A DNA stretch of 63,888 nt, counting the filler, from Basidiobolus meristosporus CBS 931.73 (lineage: Eukaryota > Fungi > Basidiobolomycota), in the NCBI GenBank assembly GCA_002104905.1. It is 4 parts of 4 records of this genome, joined end to end, with 100 filler letters (N's around TTAATTAATTAA, not from the genome) between each part and the next. Parts side by side here need not be neighbours in the genome. Positions count along the whole stretch, not along the records: positions 19,826 to 39,018 come from MCFE01001040.1; positions 39,119 to 54,003 come from MCFE01001166.1; 2 more parts are not named here. One strand, 5' to 3'. Below the pieces are notes generated by a model, which did no database searches, was not told the DNA's origin, and was given only the letters and a program-made list of their open reading frames with translations. Shown piece by piece: positions 33,358-47,366 of the stretch. The number at the start of each line of letters is the position of its first letter. Positions within the stretch are counted from its first letter, which is position 1. Made by a program: the position numbers and the translations under genes.

Positions 33358-34559
33358 ATTAAAGTTGGTGGATGATTGTATGGAGGTGTTTTGAATTGAT
33401 TTGGCACAATCTGCATTATTTATCTGATTTTTAATGCATTATGATTAAATCTCCATTAATTGCCATGTATCCCATCATTATGTTGCAGAAATTATCCACA
33501 AACAATGCCCTGGTACTTTTATTGATGCTTTACTCATAGGTCCATAATCAAATAGGAAATCTGCAATTGATGTGATCTGATTTGTGTCAAGACAATCCAA
33601 GATGCATTATGCATAATATATGGAAAAATCAACAATCACATTAGTTTTCATATATATTTCATATAAGACCAGGTTGATGCCAATATACTGCTGTATAAGT
33701 ATCCAAATCAGTTGCTATGGTCCCCATACCAAGTCTCAACTCATCTTTAGTACAACCCAGACAAAACCCATCCCCCAGCTCACAAGCGCGGTCCAGACTG
33801 GAAAAGTTGATGTTGGATCCGTTTGAGTTTTTGCCAAGTGATTTTAGTATGGCTCAAGTGTTTATGATGAGCCTTCATACAGATATTTGGGCACTACTGA
33901 TTAATCTAGCAGAACTAGATACCTCAGAGCGTCAACAAAGATGGAAGAGTTTGAGTAGAAAGCTGTGGCATGAGTTCTACATCAAGATGCCAGCCAATGT
34001 ATGTAAGAAGATATAAAACAAGACAAGTATTGAAATCAAGAATGAGCTGAGAGTGAGTGGATTTGATGAAGAAGCCGCGTGGGAACAATTTTGCGCGCAA
34101 TTTGCACAGTACGGGCCGGATGTGTCTGTTTGTGCCTCAACTTTGGGAACCAAAGAGACTTTGAATGAGTTTTTGCCTCACATGTCCAATGTACTATGTG
34201 GTATATTGGTAGCGCTAAGTGGCTTCCAAGAGCAATATACACAGGACTCATCCAGGCAACAGCTCCAAAGTATCAGACAGAGGGTAAGTGAATACCTTGA
34301 GGAATCAGATGGTGAGCTTCAGCAGGAAGAATACAGACCATGAGCAACATTGTCCAGATTGCGCCAGCACGCCTTGCTGGATTCCTTACCATCTCTTGCA
34401 ACCACAGCACGCCGGCACACATCAGTCCAGACTACGTCAACAACCTTTACCAGAGTGCCCCACATTGAGTCAACATGCATTGGGTCAATGCACATGCTTC
34501 AGAGCAACATCTTTTAGATCACACCAGGGGGACAGGAAGCCATAAAGTACCAGAAGAAA

Positions 34560-37500
34560 GAACAGTGTGCCTTTAACTGCATTGGCCTTATTATTAATGA
34601 CAAATTGCTAATTCAATGCTTAGGTGCAAAACAGCAAAGAATGCCTGAAAGGCATTAGATGATACCTACTAGTCATATTCAGCTTCAAAGAAAATGTATC
34701 TGAGACAAATATTCTTTACTACAAAGATGCAGTCAGAAGAAATGAAAAATCTAATAAACAGAATTACCCTGCTGATAGATGAGATGGAATCTGTGGGTGA
34801 GCCAACTACTGATGAGAATATGATAGTTACCATCCTGAATAGCCCAAAAGGTGAGTTTCAGGGCTTTGTATCAGCCCTAGAGTCCAGAGCTGAAAATTTG
34901 GCCTTAAATACATATATGGAAGGCTCCTGGATTAAGAATTAAGAGAATCAAGCACCAATAAGAAGGAAGAACAAAATGCTTTTATAAGCAATGATAACCA
35001 ATAAAGGAGGTACCAAAGACCCAAAAAGGCAACAACAGACTGTCTTGCAACTACTGCAAATGGAAAGGACACACGTAAGACCAGTTTCTCAAAAAGAGAG
35101 ATAATATGGTAATAAAAGCCTGAATATGGAAATGCTGCAACAAATGAGGATAGACCATTCATATCTGCATTAGATATGACCGCAAATAAGGATTCTCAGA
35201 TGTGGTCTACTTACTCTAGAGCATTTCAACACTTTAGACACCAAAAAGAACTTTTTACCCAATATCAAGAAATTCCAATGCAGAAGGTTCTCATGGGTGA
35301 CAATATAACACTTGATGCGGTGGGAGAAGGAACTATCCAAGTAACCCAAAAGCAGTGAAGGAGGCCATATATTGACTTTTAAAGAAGTACTCTATGTACA
35401 ACAAGTAGCCAAGAGCCTACTATCCGCGAGCAAGGCCACTGTGGAAGAACTCAGTTTCAGCTTTGACAATTCTGGTCACAGGATCACTGATTAAAATGGT
35501 ACCCATATTGCTGTGGGTATCAGCAATCAAAATATATACAAGTTGACTTATATTCCATCATATCTGGAAGCTAATGTAAGTAGCTTAAGTGAATAAAGAC
35601 CAATGCTTTGGCACAGGACATTTGGACACATAAATTTTATTATTTGTGCAAAATGATCAAAGGTCAGCTAATTTCCGGAGTAATAATAGCTCCCCCCCAC
35701 TAATTTGGAGCACTGTGAAGCTTGCATATTTGGGAAACAAGCCAGGCAGCTATTCAAGGGCTCTGGGCTGATCAAAACTAGGAAAAAATTAGATCTAACT
35801 CACTCAGATCTGTGTGGATCTATGCAAAATTCATCCTTAGGCGGGATGAAGTATTTAATCACTTTTATTTATGATTATACAAGATACATGTGGGATTACT
35901 TCATGGAGAGAGAGGAAGAAGCTCTATCTAAGTTCAGGGGGTTTGAAGCCATGGTGGAGAGAGAAACTGGTGACAAGATCAAGAAAATATATTTGACAAC
36001 AATGAAGATTATACCTCAAAACTCTTCATCCACTTCTGCAAGATTCATGGGATAAAGCAAGAGACTACTGCAGCATACTCCCCACAGCAAAGTAGAGTAG
36101 CCAGATGTGCAAACAGATTGATAACTGATATGGCAAGATCTATGATCCACAATCAAAATATATCCTATGATTTTTGAGCAGAATCAGTTGCCACAGCTGT
36201 ATACCTTGAAATAGAAGTTATAGCAGAATACTTTGTGATCATACTTCATTTGAAACATGGTATGGATACAGACCAAGTGCAGAGCACCTAAGGATATTTG
36301 GATGCATAGCACATGCCAAGAAACTGCCCAGAAATCAGCCAAAACTTGAGCCAAGAAGTGTAAAATGCATATTTTTGGGCTACTTCAAGATAGGTAACAC
36401 ATAGAGACTCTAAAATACAAAAGCAAGGAAGCTGATCAAGTCCAGCAATGAGTTGTTTGATGAAAATTCATAATTTTCACAAAAATGATATCACATGATG
36501 ACAAAATCTGATTTCAAGTCCATTAATTGTCAGAATTGAATCAGAGCAAAGCAATGAAGAATTTCTCACTGCAGAGGACTCTATAACTGTACTTCAGCAT
36601 GAATTGGTGCCCAGGAATATCCCAGAAGTGATCATACCAGTATCAAATGCCCAGAGATCCAACTGGACAAGAAACAGCCCAAATTACTTTATCAATGAGG
36701 GTACAAACTTAGCCTATACCTATTTAGTCCATATTGATGAGCCCCAGATTGTAAAAGAGGCCTTAAATAGCCCTGAGACCAAGTTTTGGAGATCTGCAAT
36801 GACTGAGGAGTATCAGGCCCCAATGAAAAATCAAAGTTGGGACTTAGGCAAATTACCAGTTAGCCAATGATCAATTGCATGCAGATGGGTCTTCAGGACA
36901 AATACCAGGCTGATGATACAGTTGAAAGATACAAAGCAAGACTTGTGGACAAAGAATACTCTCAAGCAAACAGATTAGACTATACTGAGGCCTTTGCACT
37001 GGTAGCCAAGTTTAATTCCATCAGGTTATTATTGGCTATTGCTGCCAAATATATGTTTTTTATTCATTAAATGGATGTAAAAGCTGCATTTTTGAATGGA
37101 GAACTTGATGAGGATGTGTATATGGGCCAGCCTGAAGGATTTGTGGACTAAGATAACCCCCATTTGGCCTTTTAGGTTAAAAAGTCTCTATTTGATCTCA
37201 AACAATCACTAAGACCCTGCAATTGCAAGATAGATTCTTGTTTGGAATCTTTGAGTTTCAAAGGAGTAATGCTGACTATAGTATCTACTATAAGCCAGAT
37301 AGAGTAAATCCAGTACTATTAGCTGTAAATGTGGGTAATCTTATTATAGCTGCCAATAATCTAGCAACATTGGAAGAGACTTAATCCAGCCTATCTAAGG
37401 AGTTCAAGATGTCCAATCTTGGAGAACTCAGTTATTACTTATGGATTAAGTTCTCCATAGACAGAAGTACCCATATTATCACCCAATACTAATCCAAGTA

Positions 37501-37900
37501 TATTCAAGATATACTAAAGAAGTAGCAAATGGAAGACTGTAGACCAACAGCTACCCCTATGGAGACAAACCTTAACCTGGTCAAAACTCAACCAAATCAA
37601 GAGTGCTTGATGCCATTAGAGAGCCCTGACTTTCCATATCAGTCTATTGTCAGAAGTCTGATGCATATCATGCCTGGAGCCTGTCCAGATATTTTATATT
37701 GAGTGGGAGTTGTCAACCAACATAATCAGTACTATTGATCTGATCATATTGCAGTAGCTATGCAGATTTTTAGATACCTAAAAGGAACTTCTGATATCTG
37801 CTTAAGATACACTTATAAGGATTTAGAACAGGATCTTGTGGGATACTCTGATAATTGTTGGGGACAAAATTTGTAAGACAGAAGATCCAGCAGGATGCAC
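34560..37900 (+). mobile_element. Degenerate Ty1/copia element (gag, integrase, RT)
   Basis: Gag-like MKNLINRITLLIDEMESVGEP, CEACIFGKQAR, HSDLCG, YKARLV; multiple stops and frameshifts. Confidence 0.85.
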
Positions 37901-38550
37901 CTTTCTTTACTGCCCTATGAAAAGTAATTTGGTCCTGCAGGTGGATCCAATCCAGATCAGCCATCAAGATCCCGCTAAGAGAACATCATAATACCAGCAG
38001 CTTGGAGTTAATGACCCTCATAACAATCTTATGACAGGATCACAACAGTATTTTGCCAATTATACTACCAAATATGGTGATAAAACTTGACAGTATTTGA
38101 TTGGTGCTGTGACAATAACTGTGTGGTATTGTTGCAGTCATTTTGCACTCTTCAACTATTTTATATGGATCCAACTGGCTAGGAAATCTAATTGCCTTAT
38201 GTGGCAAGAAACCTGACAGTATTTTAACAAGCTCTAAGCAAGACTCTGATGGCATTATATTGGCAGTATGGTGGCCTACAATGGGTTCTGTATAATTCTA
38301 CCATACTAATTTACCAAATGGTATTTCCTTTTTCTACCTCTCCTTGCACTATTCATGTATTCCACTGTAGAGTCACCCCTGGTAATTTGCTTACCCACTA
38401 TGCCTTGGGTATCCCACATATAGTTTAAATCAAAAAAACTATGGCCTCCTGCCTACTATCCTCTTCAAACACACACACCTGCTGCCATTGACATACTTCT
38501 ATCACCTTCAACTTTACGGCTTTTTGGTGTGGTACTTGCAAAGTTGCCGT

Positions 38551-39018
38551 TGTGGTGGTGTATAAGTCCAAGGAGAGATACGTCCAACACTTCTCAAGTG
38601 TTTTGTGTGTGGGGTGTTCACTGGGTGCGATAACCTCTGGCAAAAGCTTGCTAGGAATACTTGGGTTCTGTCTCTAATCTAATGTGAAGGGAATAAAGCC
38701 ACAAGCTTGTCAAGGGAAAACTATTGAGCTACAATCCCCAACTTAGTTGGCGTCTTAACAAAAGTATGTTGCTGGGTTCAGCGTCCTTTGAGATGACAAT
38801 GTACTAAAGCTTCCAAAGTCAAAACAACTGTAAAACTCCACCAGCAGGACTTGATAAGAATGCAAGCTGTGGTCAATAGTTACAAAGACAGAAAAGTATC
38901 TTTGCCTGTACAAGAACAAACTTGGGAAAGAATCAAATATAATAAAAGATACCTACTCTGAGTATTCCTCACAAGTAGTGCCTCCAAGGTCAGTTGGCTG
39001 TCAGCGCGGTTTCCTAGG
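38551..39018 (-). mobile_element. Gypsy LTR, inverted copy of the 19826-20083 family, no PBS (3' or solo LTR), runs into gap
   Basis: Near-identical reverse complement of 19826-20083. Confidence 0.85.
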
Positions 39019-39118
39019 NNNNNNNNNNNNNNNNNNNNNNNNNNNNNNNNNNNNNNNNNNNNTTAATTAATTAANNNNNNNNNNNNNNNNNNNNNNNNNN
39101 NNNNNNNNNNNNNNNNNN

Positions 39119-40428
39119 TTCACCTTTGAGAGCAGTGACAGGAAGGGATACTTGCGCATATGAGTAACAAAAGATCAAGCATATGAGGCAGAGAGTGTAA
39201 ATTCCACAGTACTTTTTCCAATAAAGTCAACACTCCATATTTTGGAGAGTTGGAACCGCAATGCATATAAAATAGACTTGACATCCCTAATGGGCTGTCG
39301 CTGTATCCCCTGAAGATAAATTCGGCAGCATTGATGCCTTACTTCAGCTCTTGTAGTGGTAAATGGAGGCTTTGCTCCAACACATTTCCGCATGGCTGCC
39401 TCCATTCTTTCCATCTCTGCTTTTGTTCCTGACCTTGCACATCTTTTGGCAATCTCTGCAAATGTTGGTCTTTTGGATTTTGCTATACATTTGCTATCAG
39501 GCGTTTTTATTTGCAAGTCTTTATTGCTAGCTTCTTGTTGCGTCCCATCTATGTGGGTTGCTGGCTTTTCCACATGGATTGCATTCTTTAGCATTTGCAA
39601 TTCCCGCTGTTGGGAATTGCATGTATCCTTTATTTGCGCATTCTCTTCTACCAGTGACTTTTGTACTGCCAAAGCAGTCTTGTCAAGTGCAGAGCTGCTT
39701 TGCAACCCAGAAGAGACGGCTGTTTGCAATCCAAGCAGGTTTTCAATCAGCAATGTGAGTTTCTCTAGTTTGGAGTCAAATGATTGAAGTTTTACATTGA
39801 CTGACTTCAAACTGTTTTCTAATATATTGATTCGTGAGTGTGCACTTGATACAACCTTATCTTCATGTGACGGTGAGTGGGCCTTCCGCCTCTTAGGGTG
39901 TTTTGACTGATACACCCTTTCAACACTAAATACATCATTGACCTGTATATCACTGGATTCATCATTTGATGAGTAGCCTGAGTACTCCGGCTCTCCAGAG
40001 GAGGTAGCAAGAATTGCTGTACTCTCATTATTAATCAGTGTTACTTCTGCAGTGGGAAGATTGTTGATCTCTGACGCAGAGCAAGAAGCCCATTTTGATT
40101 TATGCTGTGTGTTATTTGCAGGCAGTAGGTCTGCTGAGAGAGAAAGGCATTCGGTCCAGAACTGCAAAGCCTTATATTTTGTGGCACAGTTTTTGCAGCG
40201 GAAGCAGCCATAAGTAGCTAAACCACTGCCATTTGAGTCTTTTGTAAACCCATAACCTGGACCACATTTTAGACAAGTAGCATTGTGTGGATTACTCCTA
40301 TAGTATGCCAGCGCAGATTTACTTGGCTCCATTTCCCAGTACCACCCTCTGGCAGGGGAAGTTACAGAAGTGTTAGGGGAACTAGTAGCCGTATTAGAAT
40401 TGTGATTATTTTCTGATGGTAAAGTCAT
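39119..40428 (-). pseudogene. LINE ORF1-like protein (CxxC..CxxC finger, coiled coil, TFAEIA motif, C-terminal domain) with a premature TGA
   Basis: CLKC..CFRCKNC, KRPTFAEIAKR, LSKIWSVDFIGKSTVEF. The frame continues past TGA at 39175 (YA*SFVTHMRK) into the gap. Confidence 0.65.
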
Positions 40429-40569
40429 GATTGCATTAAACTGGCGGTAGTTGCAGCTTTTATAGCAACTAAAACATATGGTGACGTATTCTTGAGAGCA
40501 TTTGAAGTGAAGGCTGTTTCACTTGAATTGGAACATGCTGCACTGGCTTATTACAACTGGTCACAGGCA

Positions 40570-41010
40570 AGGACATTTAATACAAGACATAACTAACGGT
40601 TTTGGGGAGTTGGTGCGCATTTGTGTAAGGTGCTAGTAGTAGGTGAAATATAGTTTTGATGAAGCTTTGGTATATCACGGCACCACGCGGTAGTAAAGCA
40701 AACCAAGATATTATGACAACAACATTTAACACAAGACATAACTAAAGGTTTTGGGGAGTTGGTACACATTTGTGTATGGCACTAGTAGTAGGTGGAATGT
40801 AGTTTTGATGAAGCTTTGGTATATCATGGCACCACGTGGTAGTAAAGCAAACCAAGATTTTATGACAACATTTAACACAAGACATAACTAAAGGTTTTGG
40901 GGAGTTGGTACGCATTTGTGTATGGCACTAGTAGTAGGTAGAATGTAGTTTTGATGAAGCTTTGGGATATCTTGACACCACGCGGTAGTAAAGCAAACCA
41001 AGATTTCGTG
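40570..41010. repeat. Tandem repeat, ~146-149-bp unit, 3 copies, upstream of the ORF1-like gene
   Basis: acaagacat recurs at 40582, 40731, 40877. Confidence 0.85.
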
Positions 41011-41859
41011 ACAGGCTATGCAGTAGTTAAGCTCAGTGGCTCTCCACCTCCTCTGGAAATAGCTACGACACACCATCTGTGGGTGTCGGAAGCCTGATCT
41101 TATCCAACTATGGTTCTTGGAAGAATGCAAGAATTGCGACAATCAATGCTTACTGTTGAGATTGAAATCTCCCCTAATCAATGCACCCAATATGTTGATG
41201 GCACATCATGACGCGTTTTGTTCTTGGTTCAGGAAGAATGGCTCTCATTGGGTTCAGTTTGTTCCCGCTGCTGGTGATGAGCACCATGGCCAGCGCCTCT
41301 TCCTCACCATCCACTTGTCTAGTACAGTCAATGATAACACTTGAAGGCACCCTGGATCTTGAGCTGTTCAAGGATTCCTGGAAGAAGACTGCCCAACAGT
41401 ATCTCTCATCCGTGTATATGATAATGACCTTCAGTAAATCTTAGATATGTAAACATGATTTACAAAGCGTAAATCAGCAACAACTGTGGGACTATCTTGA
41501 GTACTCTTGCCACCCGCAATCTTCCAAACACTTAGTAAACCCTCTGACGCTGATCTTGGGGGGAGAATCATTCCCAGCATCACTAATTCATAGCCTGCAA
41601 CCGTTGATCCCAAACAGCCGTATTGTGAATGACTATGAGCCAACGGAAGCAACAGTGAGCTCGCTGACATGGGGACGTAGTACCAAAGTGTAATTGACTG
41701 CCAGTTCCCCTAGGAGCGGCTGGAGAGTTGTACATTGGCGGAGTTGGAGTGGCAAGATCCATTTTCAGGTGAGCAAGATGCAAGAATGTACAAGGCAGGC
41801 AATGTTGCTTTCCTTAGTCAAGTCAAGGTTCATATTCTTTAGCATGTCAGTGTTTTGTT

Positions 41860-42150
41860 ATGGGATTCTTCAATGCCAACAATGAACCATTAATGTCATA
41901 TGCACCAACATATTATCACTATTGTCCCCAGACGCCTACCCATTGTTAGACAATGCTCAGGCATATTCCGCACAGAACACACAGGTGCATTTTGACAAGA
42001 ATCAGTATGACCAGGTGCACCAAGTAGATCAAACTTTGTACCAACCATCTACGCCAACATTTGTGCCAACCATCTACGCCAACATTTGTGCAATTTTTTA
42101 CTCCCGATGAGGATGACACTCAAGACTCGAGTGACGACAACGGATCATTG
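41860..42150 (+). pseudogene. Fragment of secreted-protein family X
   Basis: SPDAYPLLDNAQ..QVDQTLYQPS; lacks the signal peptide. Confidence 0.6.
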
Positions 42151-42719
42151 GATTTGACACGCACCGCATTCTCCTTACATTATCATGTATCCTACCCTCT
42201 ATAATAGCTGACCCTAGCTTGGGGTGACAATACACTCAAGGAGACCCGATTTCCCCACATAAATTGAATAAGCTACTCATTACCTTCATGACGTTTCTTA
42301 CCCTTCGCCTGGATTGGTTGCTAGCAAGGCCCAAGACCAATGAATGTACGCATCTTTGAGTACAACTGAGCTCATTGCTTGGGTATATATAGCATGAGAA
42401 CCATTATAACATGGTTACAACCTTGATGGTAGCAATAGTTAGTTAACTTTGATGAACTCACACTATATCTGATTGAAAATTGGCATTCTCTCTACCATCA
42501 TCGGCTCAATCGCATTGATATCGCGTAGTCTACATGATTACAGTATGATAAATACACGGATAAATACACGGATAAATACACGGATAAATACACCAATGTA
42601 TACCCTAATATATACGCATATGCTTTTGATATTTCAGCAGTAGTGTGGTAATTCACGAACCACGGCTGATGATGTTTCATATTAATATAGGGTGACCAAA
42701 TGATACATTTATTTAATCA

Positions 42720-43254
42720 ATGTATTGATTCCCACTGAAATATCTGATCTTGATGTGCCGACCTCTTGTACTTCTTCTTAGCTACGGGCGGCTGGCTGGG
42801 TGATGATGATCCGGGGCTGTTGCTGCTTAGGCTGATAGAGGGTTTGGTCGACTACCTGCGCTTGGTCAAACTGATTAGAGTTCGACAGGGCATCAGCATC
42901 ACTGGATGACTGAGCGTTCACTCTGTCCAACAAGGCCTGTCTTGGTTGCAGGTCGGCTATATTGAAGTTGGGCATGTTGTAGGATGACTCTGGCTGAGTT
43001 GTAGTGCCATCCATCGAGTCTTCACCTTCACCTTCGCCTTCATCTTCACCCCCATTCTCATCCATATAGTGATCACCCTCGTCCTGTTCCGGCTAATAGT
43101 CATCTGCAGGCAATTAAGTTTCTTGGTAGCAAGGACTTACTTGCTCCCCGCACAAACTGTCACCATAGCTAACCTGAGAAGAGGTATCTTCTGTGTCAGT
43201 GAATGCATGGATGGAAGCAAAGTACAAAGCGAGTAAAGTTAGAGTAAGCTGCAT
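42720..43254 (-). pseudogene. Secreted-protein family Y paralog with a nonsense codon
   Basis: Near-identical to 47367-47927; CAA>TAA change at ~43120. Confidence 0.8.
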
Positions 43255-44566
43255 TTTGATGAATAGCGTAAAACCAGTCGTAAGCTCACTTTATGGTGGT
43301 ATTTGGCATAGTCTACTATACTACACCCTATATCTGACTCACTTGAGGCCATGAATTCACATTCTATGTCCTGCTTTTGTTACCCATCAACTAACGACTT
43401 GTGAAGATATGAGCCCACAAAGATAAACAAAGGTAGTCCCTTAATCAAGCAATGGTGTTTATTTTGTTCTATTGCAATATAGTGTTTCTCCAGTTGTAGG
43501 ACGTTCATCCTTGGCTCTATTAGTCGATGATCATTATTTCGAACAACCATTTAGATTTTGACATGGTTTAGTCATTAGCAATCAAGTTAGAGCAAATGGT
43601 ATGGATGATCGAGGTTTATTGAATTATGTGCAGTTGTTGGTACACTGAGTGTCTTCCATAAATTCAGTATACAGCGAGTCCTGCTGAGCACAATCACTGT
43701 CACACTGAGCATCTTCCACGGGTTCAGTGTACTGCATATCCTGATCAACGCATCCCTCAGCGTACAATATTACTTAGACATTCGAAGTCTCAACAGTTGG
43801 CAGAGCTTGGACTTGCAGGTGGCAATTACATGCTCGGTCGGATCATGACGAACTACGATAATGGACTCTTTTATGGTTGTTTTGGAGCAGCGATGATGGC
43901 CAGAAGAAAAGTAAAAAAAGTTGGTGTGATAAATACACATTGATACCCTCAGCAATTACTATTCCCATGAATCTATGATTTCAAACTAACACGACACTAG
44001 GTTCATGTTTCGACTTAGCTAAGCGGACTTAAGGTGGTTGATGCAAAGCATAATGCAAAATCGTAAATCTGGCTCAGTATACTATCAATTCATTCATAAT
44101 CCCATAATACTCATAAAAATAGCCACAGGTTACTATATCACCGGAGTAGCTTAGCGCCCTTCGACAATGAGATCAAGAACGAAGCCATTCCTGTGTGCTC
44201 ACCTCAAGTCATTGTCCCTTCACTACCGTGTATGTCATTCCAAAGTGGTACCGCAAGCCCAGAAATGAAGAGGATTGTTTATTTTTCTTGATGTACTGAA
44301 GTGGTTGGCCGCCTGGATTACGGTGTGAATCAACACCTATTCGCTGATGATTGCAATGAAAGTGAAATGCTGACTAACTCTACTCGCCTTTGCTTCATAA
44401 TTTAGTAAGCTGGGTTTGGTTGCTGATAATCGCTGATGATTGCAATGAAAGTGGAATGCTGACTAACTCTACTCGCCTTTGCTTCATAATTTAGTAAGCT
44501 GGGTTTGGTTGCTGATGAATCTAGCAAAGCAACTGTTTGCCTTGCAGTGTGTCATCCAGAGCCAAC

Positions 44567-44967
44567 ATGCAACGCACTTTCCACATTCTATCAGCCCTAG
44601 TATTCCTATTTGGTGTATCTTATGCATCGCCCATTGCAATGTATGACAACCAGCAAGTAGACCAATGGACGGCAATGAACCATCAATGTCATACACTCCA
44701 ACATACTATCAACTAGAGTCCCCAAACGCCTATCCATTGTTGGACAACGCTCAGACAAATTCGGCACAGAATGCTCAGGCACTTTCCAACCAGAATCAAT
44801 TTGAGCAAGTGCAGCAAGTAGATCAGACGTTGTACCAGCCATCTGTGCCAACATATGTACAATCAATTACTCCCGATGAGGATGACACTCAAGACGACGA
44901 CGATCAGTCTTCGTGTAAACGTTGCCAACGACGCCATCGTAAACGTAGATACAGAGGCAGCTTTTGA
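44567..44967 (+). pseudogene. Secreted-protein family X paralog with an internal deletion/frameshift
   Basis: MQRTFHILSALVFLFG start; frameshift after VDQ relative to 49179-49613. Confidence 0.75.
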
Positions 44968-46459
44968 CTCAATCGTAAACACTTATTTGGCATTCACAAT
45001 CATTCCCATCATATAATCGCTATCTCTGCAAGCTATCCAACACATACATTTCTTCTGCAAACAAGATTACACCAACTGATACCAAGAAGAAACAGCGGAG
45101 ACGTGACCACAGGGATGAGTGGAATGAGCATCGTGAAGATTCTGGCAATGACTCCTCAAGCAATAGTGTGAATCATTTTGGTTTTGTACCCTCCAATTTG
45201 CGAGCAATATTGAATAAACTACTAAAATGGAATAGTGGTGAGCAATCGTGGTGAGCAATCGTGGTGAGCAATCGTGGTGAGCAATAAATCGATGATGGTA
45301 TTAGCAATGAAGTACGTAGATTGATGATACATAGGTTTAATTGGCTGTGGATTGTTTTTATTGATGATTGGCCACATAGAATAGCTATCAACTGAGCTTC
45401 GGCTGCTGCTGATGGTTGATAAAAACAAAAGCAACTTTTTGCATTCCAGTTTGTAACTAAGAGCCAATATGCGACGTAATTTCCGAATTTTATCCACGCA
45501 TTTTATCCACGCATTTTAGCCACGCATTTTATCCACGCATTTTAGCCACCTTAGTATTCCTATTCGGTGTATCCTATGCATTGCCCATTGCTACGTACGA
45601 CAACCAATAAGTAGACCAGGGTGTCCAAGTGGACTATGAGACTGAACCATCGATGCCATATGCGCCGACAGGTTACCAGCTGGAGTCCCCGATCACCTAT
45701 CCCTAGTTGGACAATGTTGAAACTAATTCCGTACAGAATGCTCGGGCACTTTCCAACCATCTACGTCGACATATGTGCAATCATTTACCCCAGACGAGGA
45801 TGAAAACCAAGACTTGGGTAACCACGATGATCAGCCATCGTGTAGACGTAGATACAGAGACTGCTATTGATGAGAACAGGTTGTTGGTATTTCTACATTT
45901 TATTACTTACATGTAATCGATGTCACATCAGTTTCCCTATTTATGTAGACTATCAAGTACACACAATTATTGTGTAAATAAGCTGTCAAATATGAACACT
46001 GGAAAAAAAGACACATAAGAGATGTGCCCACAGGGATGGGTGGAACAATGGCGAGTATCAACAGAGATCGAAGTAAGGGAAAGAGTCGCTTAAGCGCTAA
46101 TTTGCATAATTATCACACGAATCGCTCGTCTGTGACGCATATTTTATGTGCGCTCAGGACACTCTAGGATGCCCAATCTCCAAATTGAATAAGCCCGGGT
46201 TGAGCTTATTAAATAAGCCACCCAATACCTCCAAGCAGTACTTCAATACGTGCACAGCCAAGTCTTATCAGTTTCTTACCCTTCCCCTGAATTGGTAGCT
46301 GGATTTCGGGTCATCGGAAGGAAGTATGGAAATTGGCGTGGTGTTGAGTTTGTCAAACGCTCTTGTTCCCATGCCGGTAATGGCTATATTTCTGCTATCA
46401 TATATGAGGCGAAAAATAATGAAACTTTATTGGATTTGGACTTAAGTGCAGTCGTTGGT

Positions 46460-47038
46460 TCATTGAGTGTCTTCCATGGGCTCCGTATACTGTGAATCCT
46501 GATTAGCACAGTTATCGTCACATTGAGCATCCTCCATGGGCTCAGAGTACTGTGTATCTTGATCAGAGCATCCTTCGATGCATTGGGTGTCCACTACTGG
46601 TGTGGAGTATGTCTCATCTTGTGCAGGCTGAACCATAACTATGGGGTAACCAGAGCCATCTTCGGAGTGTTCAGCACCCTTCTGTTTGGCGTACTCTGAT
46701 GCGCTGGCTGAACCTTCTACTTCGAGGCTAGGGCCTGCTTGAAACTGAACATCGAGACTCTTGTCACTGTTGGCGTTGGCAGTGTTCAGATTGTCATGCT
46801 TTCTGGTCACGGTGGTGAACACCTGACGCAACAATGGCACTTGAACGTTTGGCGTTTCAACAGTGGGTTGAACCTGGACTTGTTGGTAGCAGTTTCTTGC
46901 TTGGTCTGCGCATGAATACCTGCGATAACGGACTCTTCTATGCTCACGGTTGCATGACTCGGAGCATGGGACTGGAGCAGCAACGGCGGCTTGAAGAGAG
47001 GCAAGGCCCAAGATCAATGATACAATGAATGCACGCAT
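46460..47038 (-). CDS. Small secreted Cys/acidic-repeat protein (family Z)
   Basis: Signal-peptide-like MRAFIVSLILGLASLQAAVA; C-terminal QCxxxCxxQDxQYxEPMED repeats. Confidence 0.75.
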   Translation of the reverse strand: MRAFIVSLILGLASLQAAVAAPVPCSESCNREHRRVRYRRYSCADQARNCYQQVQVQPTVETPNVQVPLLRQVFTTVTRKHDNLNTANANSDKSLDVQFQAGPSLEVEGSASASEYAKQKGAEHSEDGSGYPIVMVQPAQDETYSTPVVDTQCIEGCSDQDTQYSEPMEDAQCDDNCANQDSQYTEPMEDTQ

Positions 47039-47366
47039 CTTTGAGAACTGCTGAGTTCATTGCCAAGTACACTCGGGAATATATAGCATGGGAACCATTA
47101 TAACATGGTTACAACGTTGATGGTAGCAATAGTTAGTTAACTTTATCAGATTGAAAATTAGCATTCGCTCTGCCATCATCGGCTCAATCGCATTGATATC
47201 GCGTACTTTATTTGGTTACAACACGACAAATACACTGATAAATACACCAATATATACCCTAATATATACGCATATGCTTTTGATATTTCAGCAGTAGTGT
47301 GGTAATTCACGAACCACGGCTGATGATGTTTCATATCAATATAGGGTGACCAAATGAAATGTTTAT

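Noticed and set aside
42547-45550. 12-13-bp minisatellites (42547-42593, ~45235-45285, ~45497-45550) and an ~88-bp duplication at ~44340-44520
   Set aside because: Local slippage expansions absent from the duplicated block; no sign of function.
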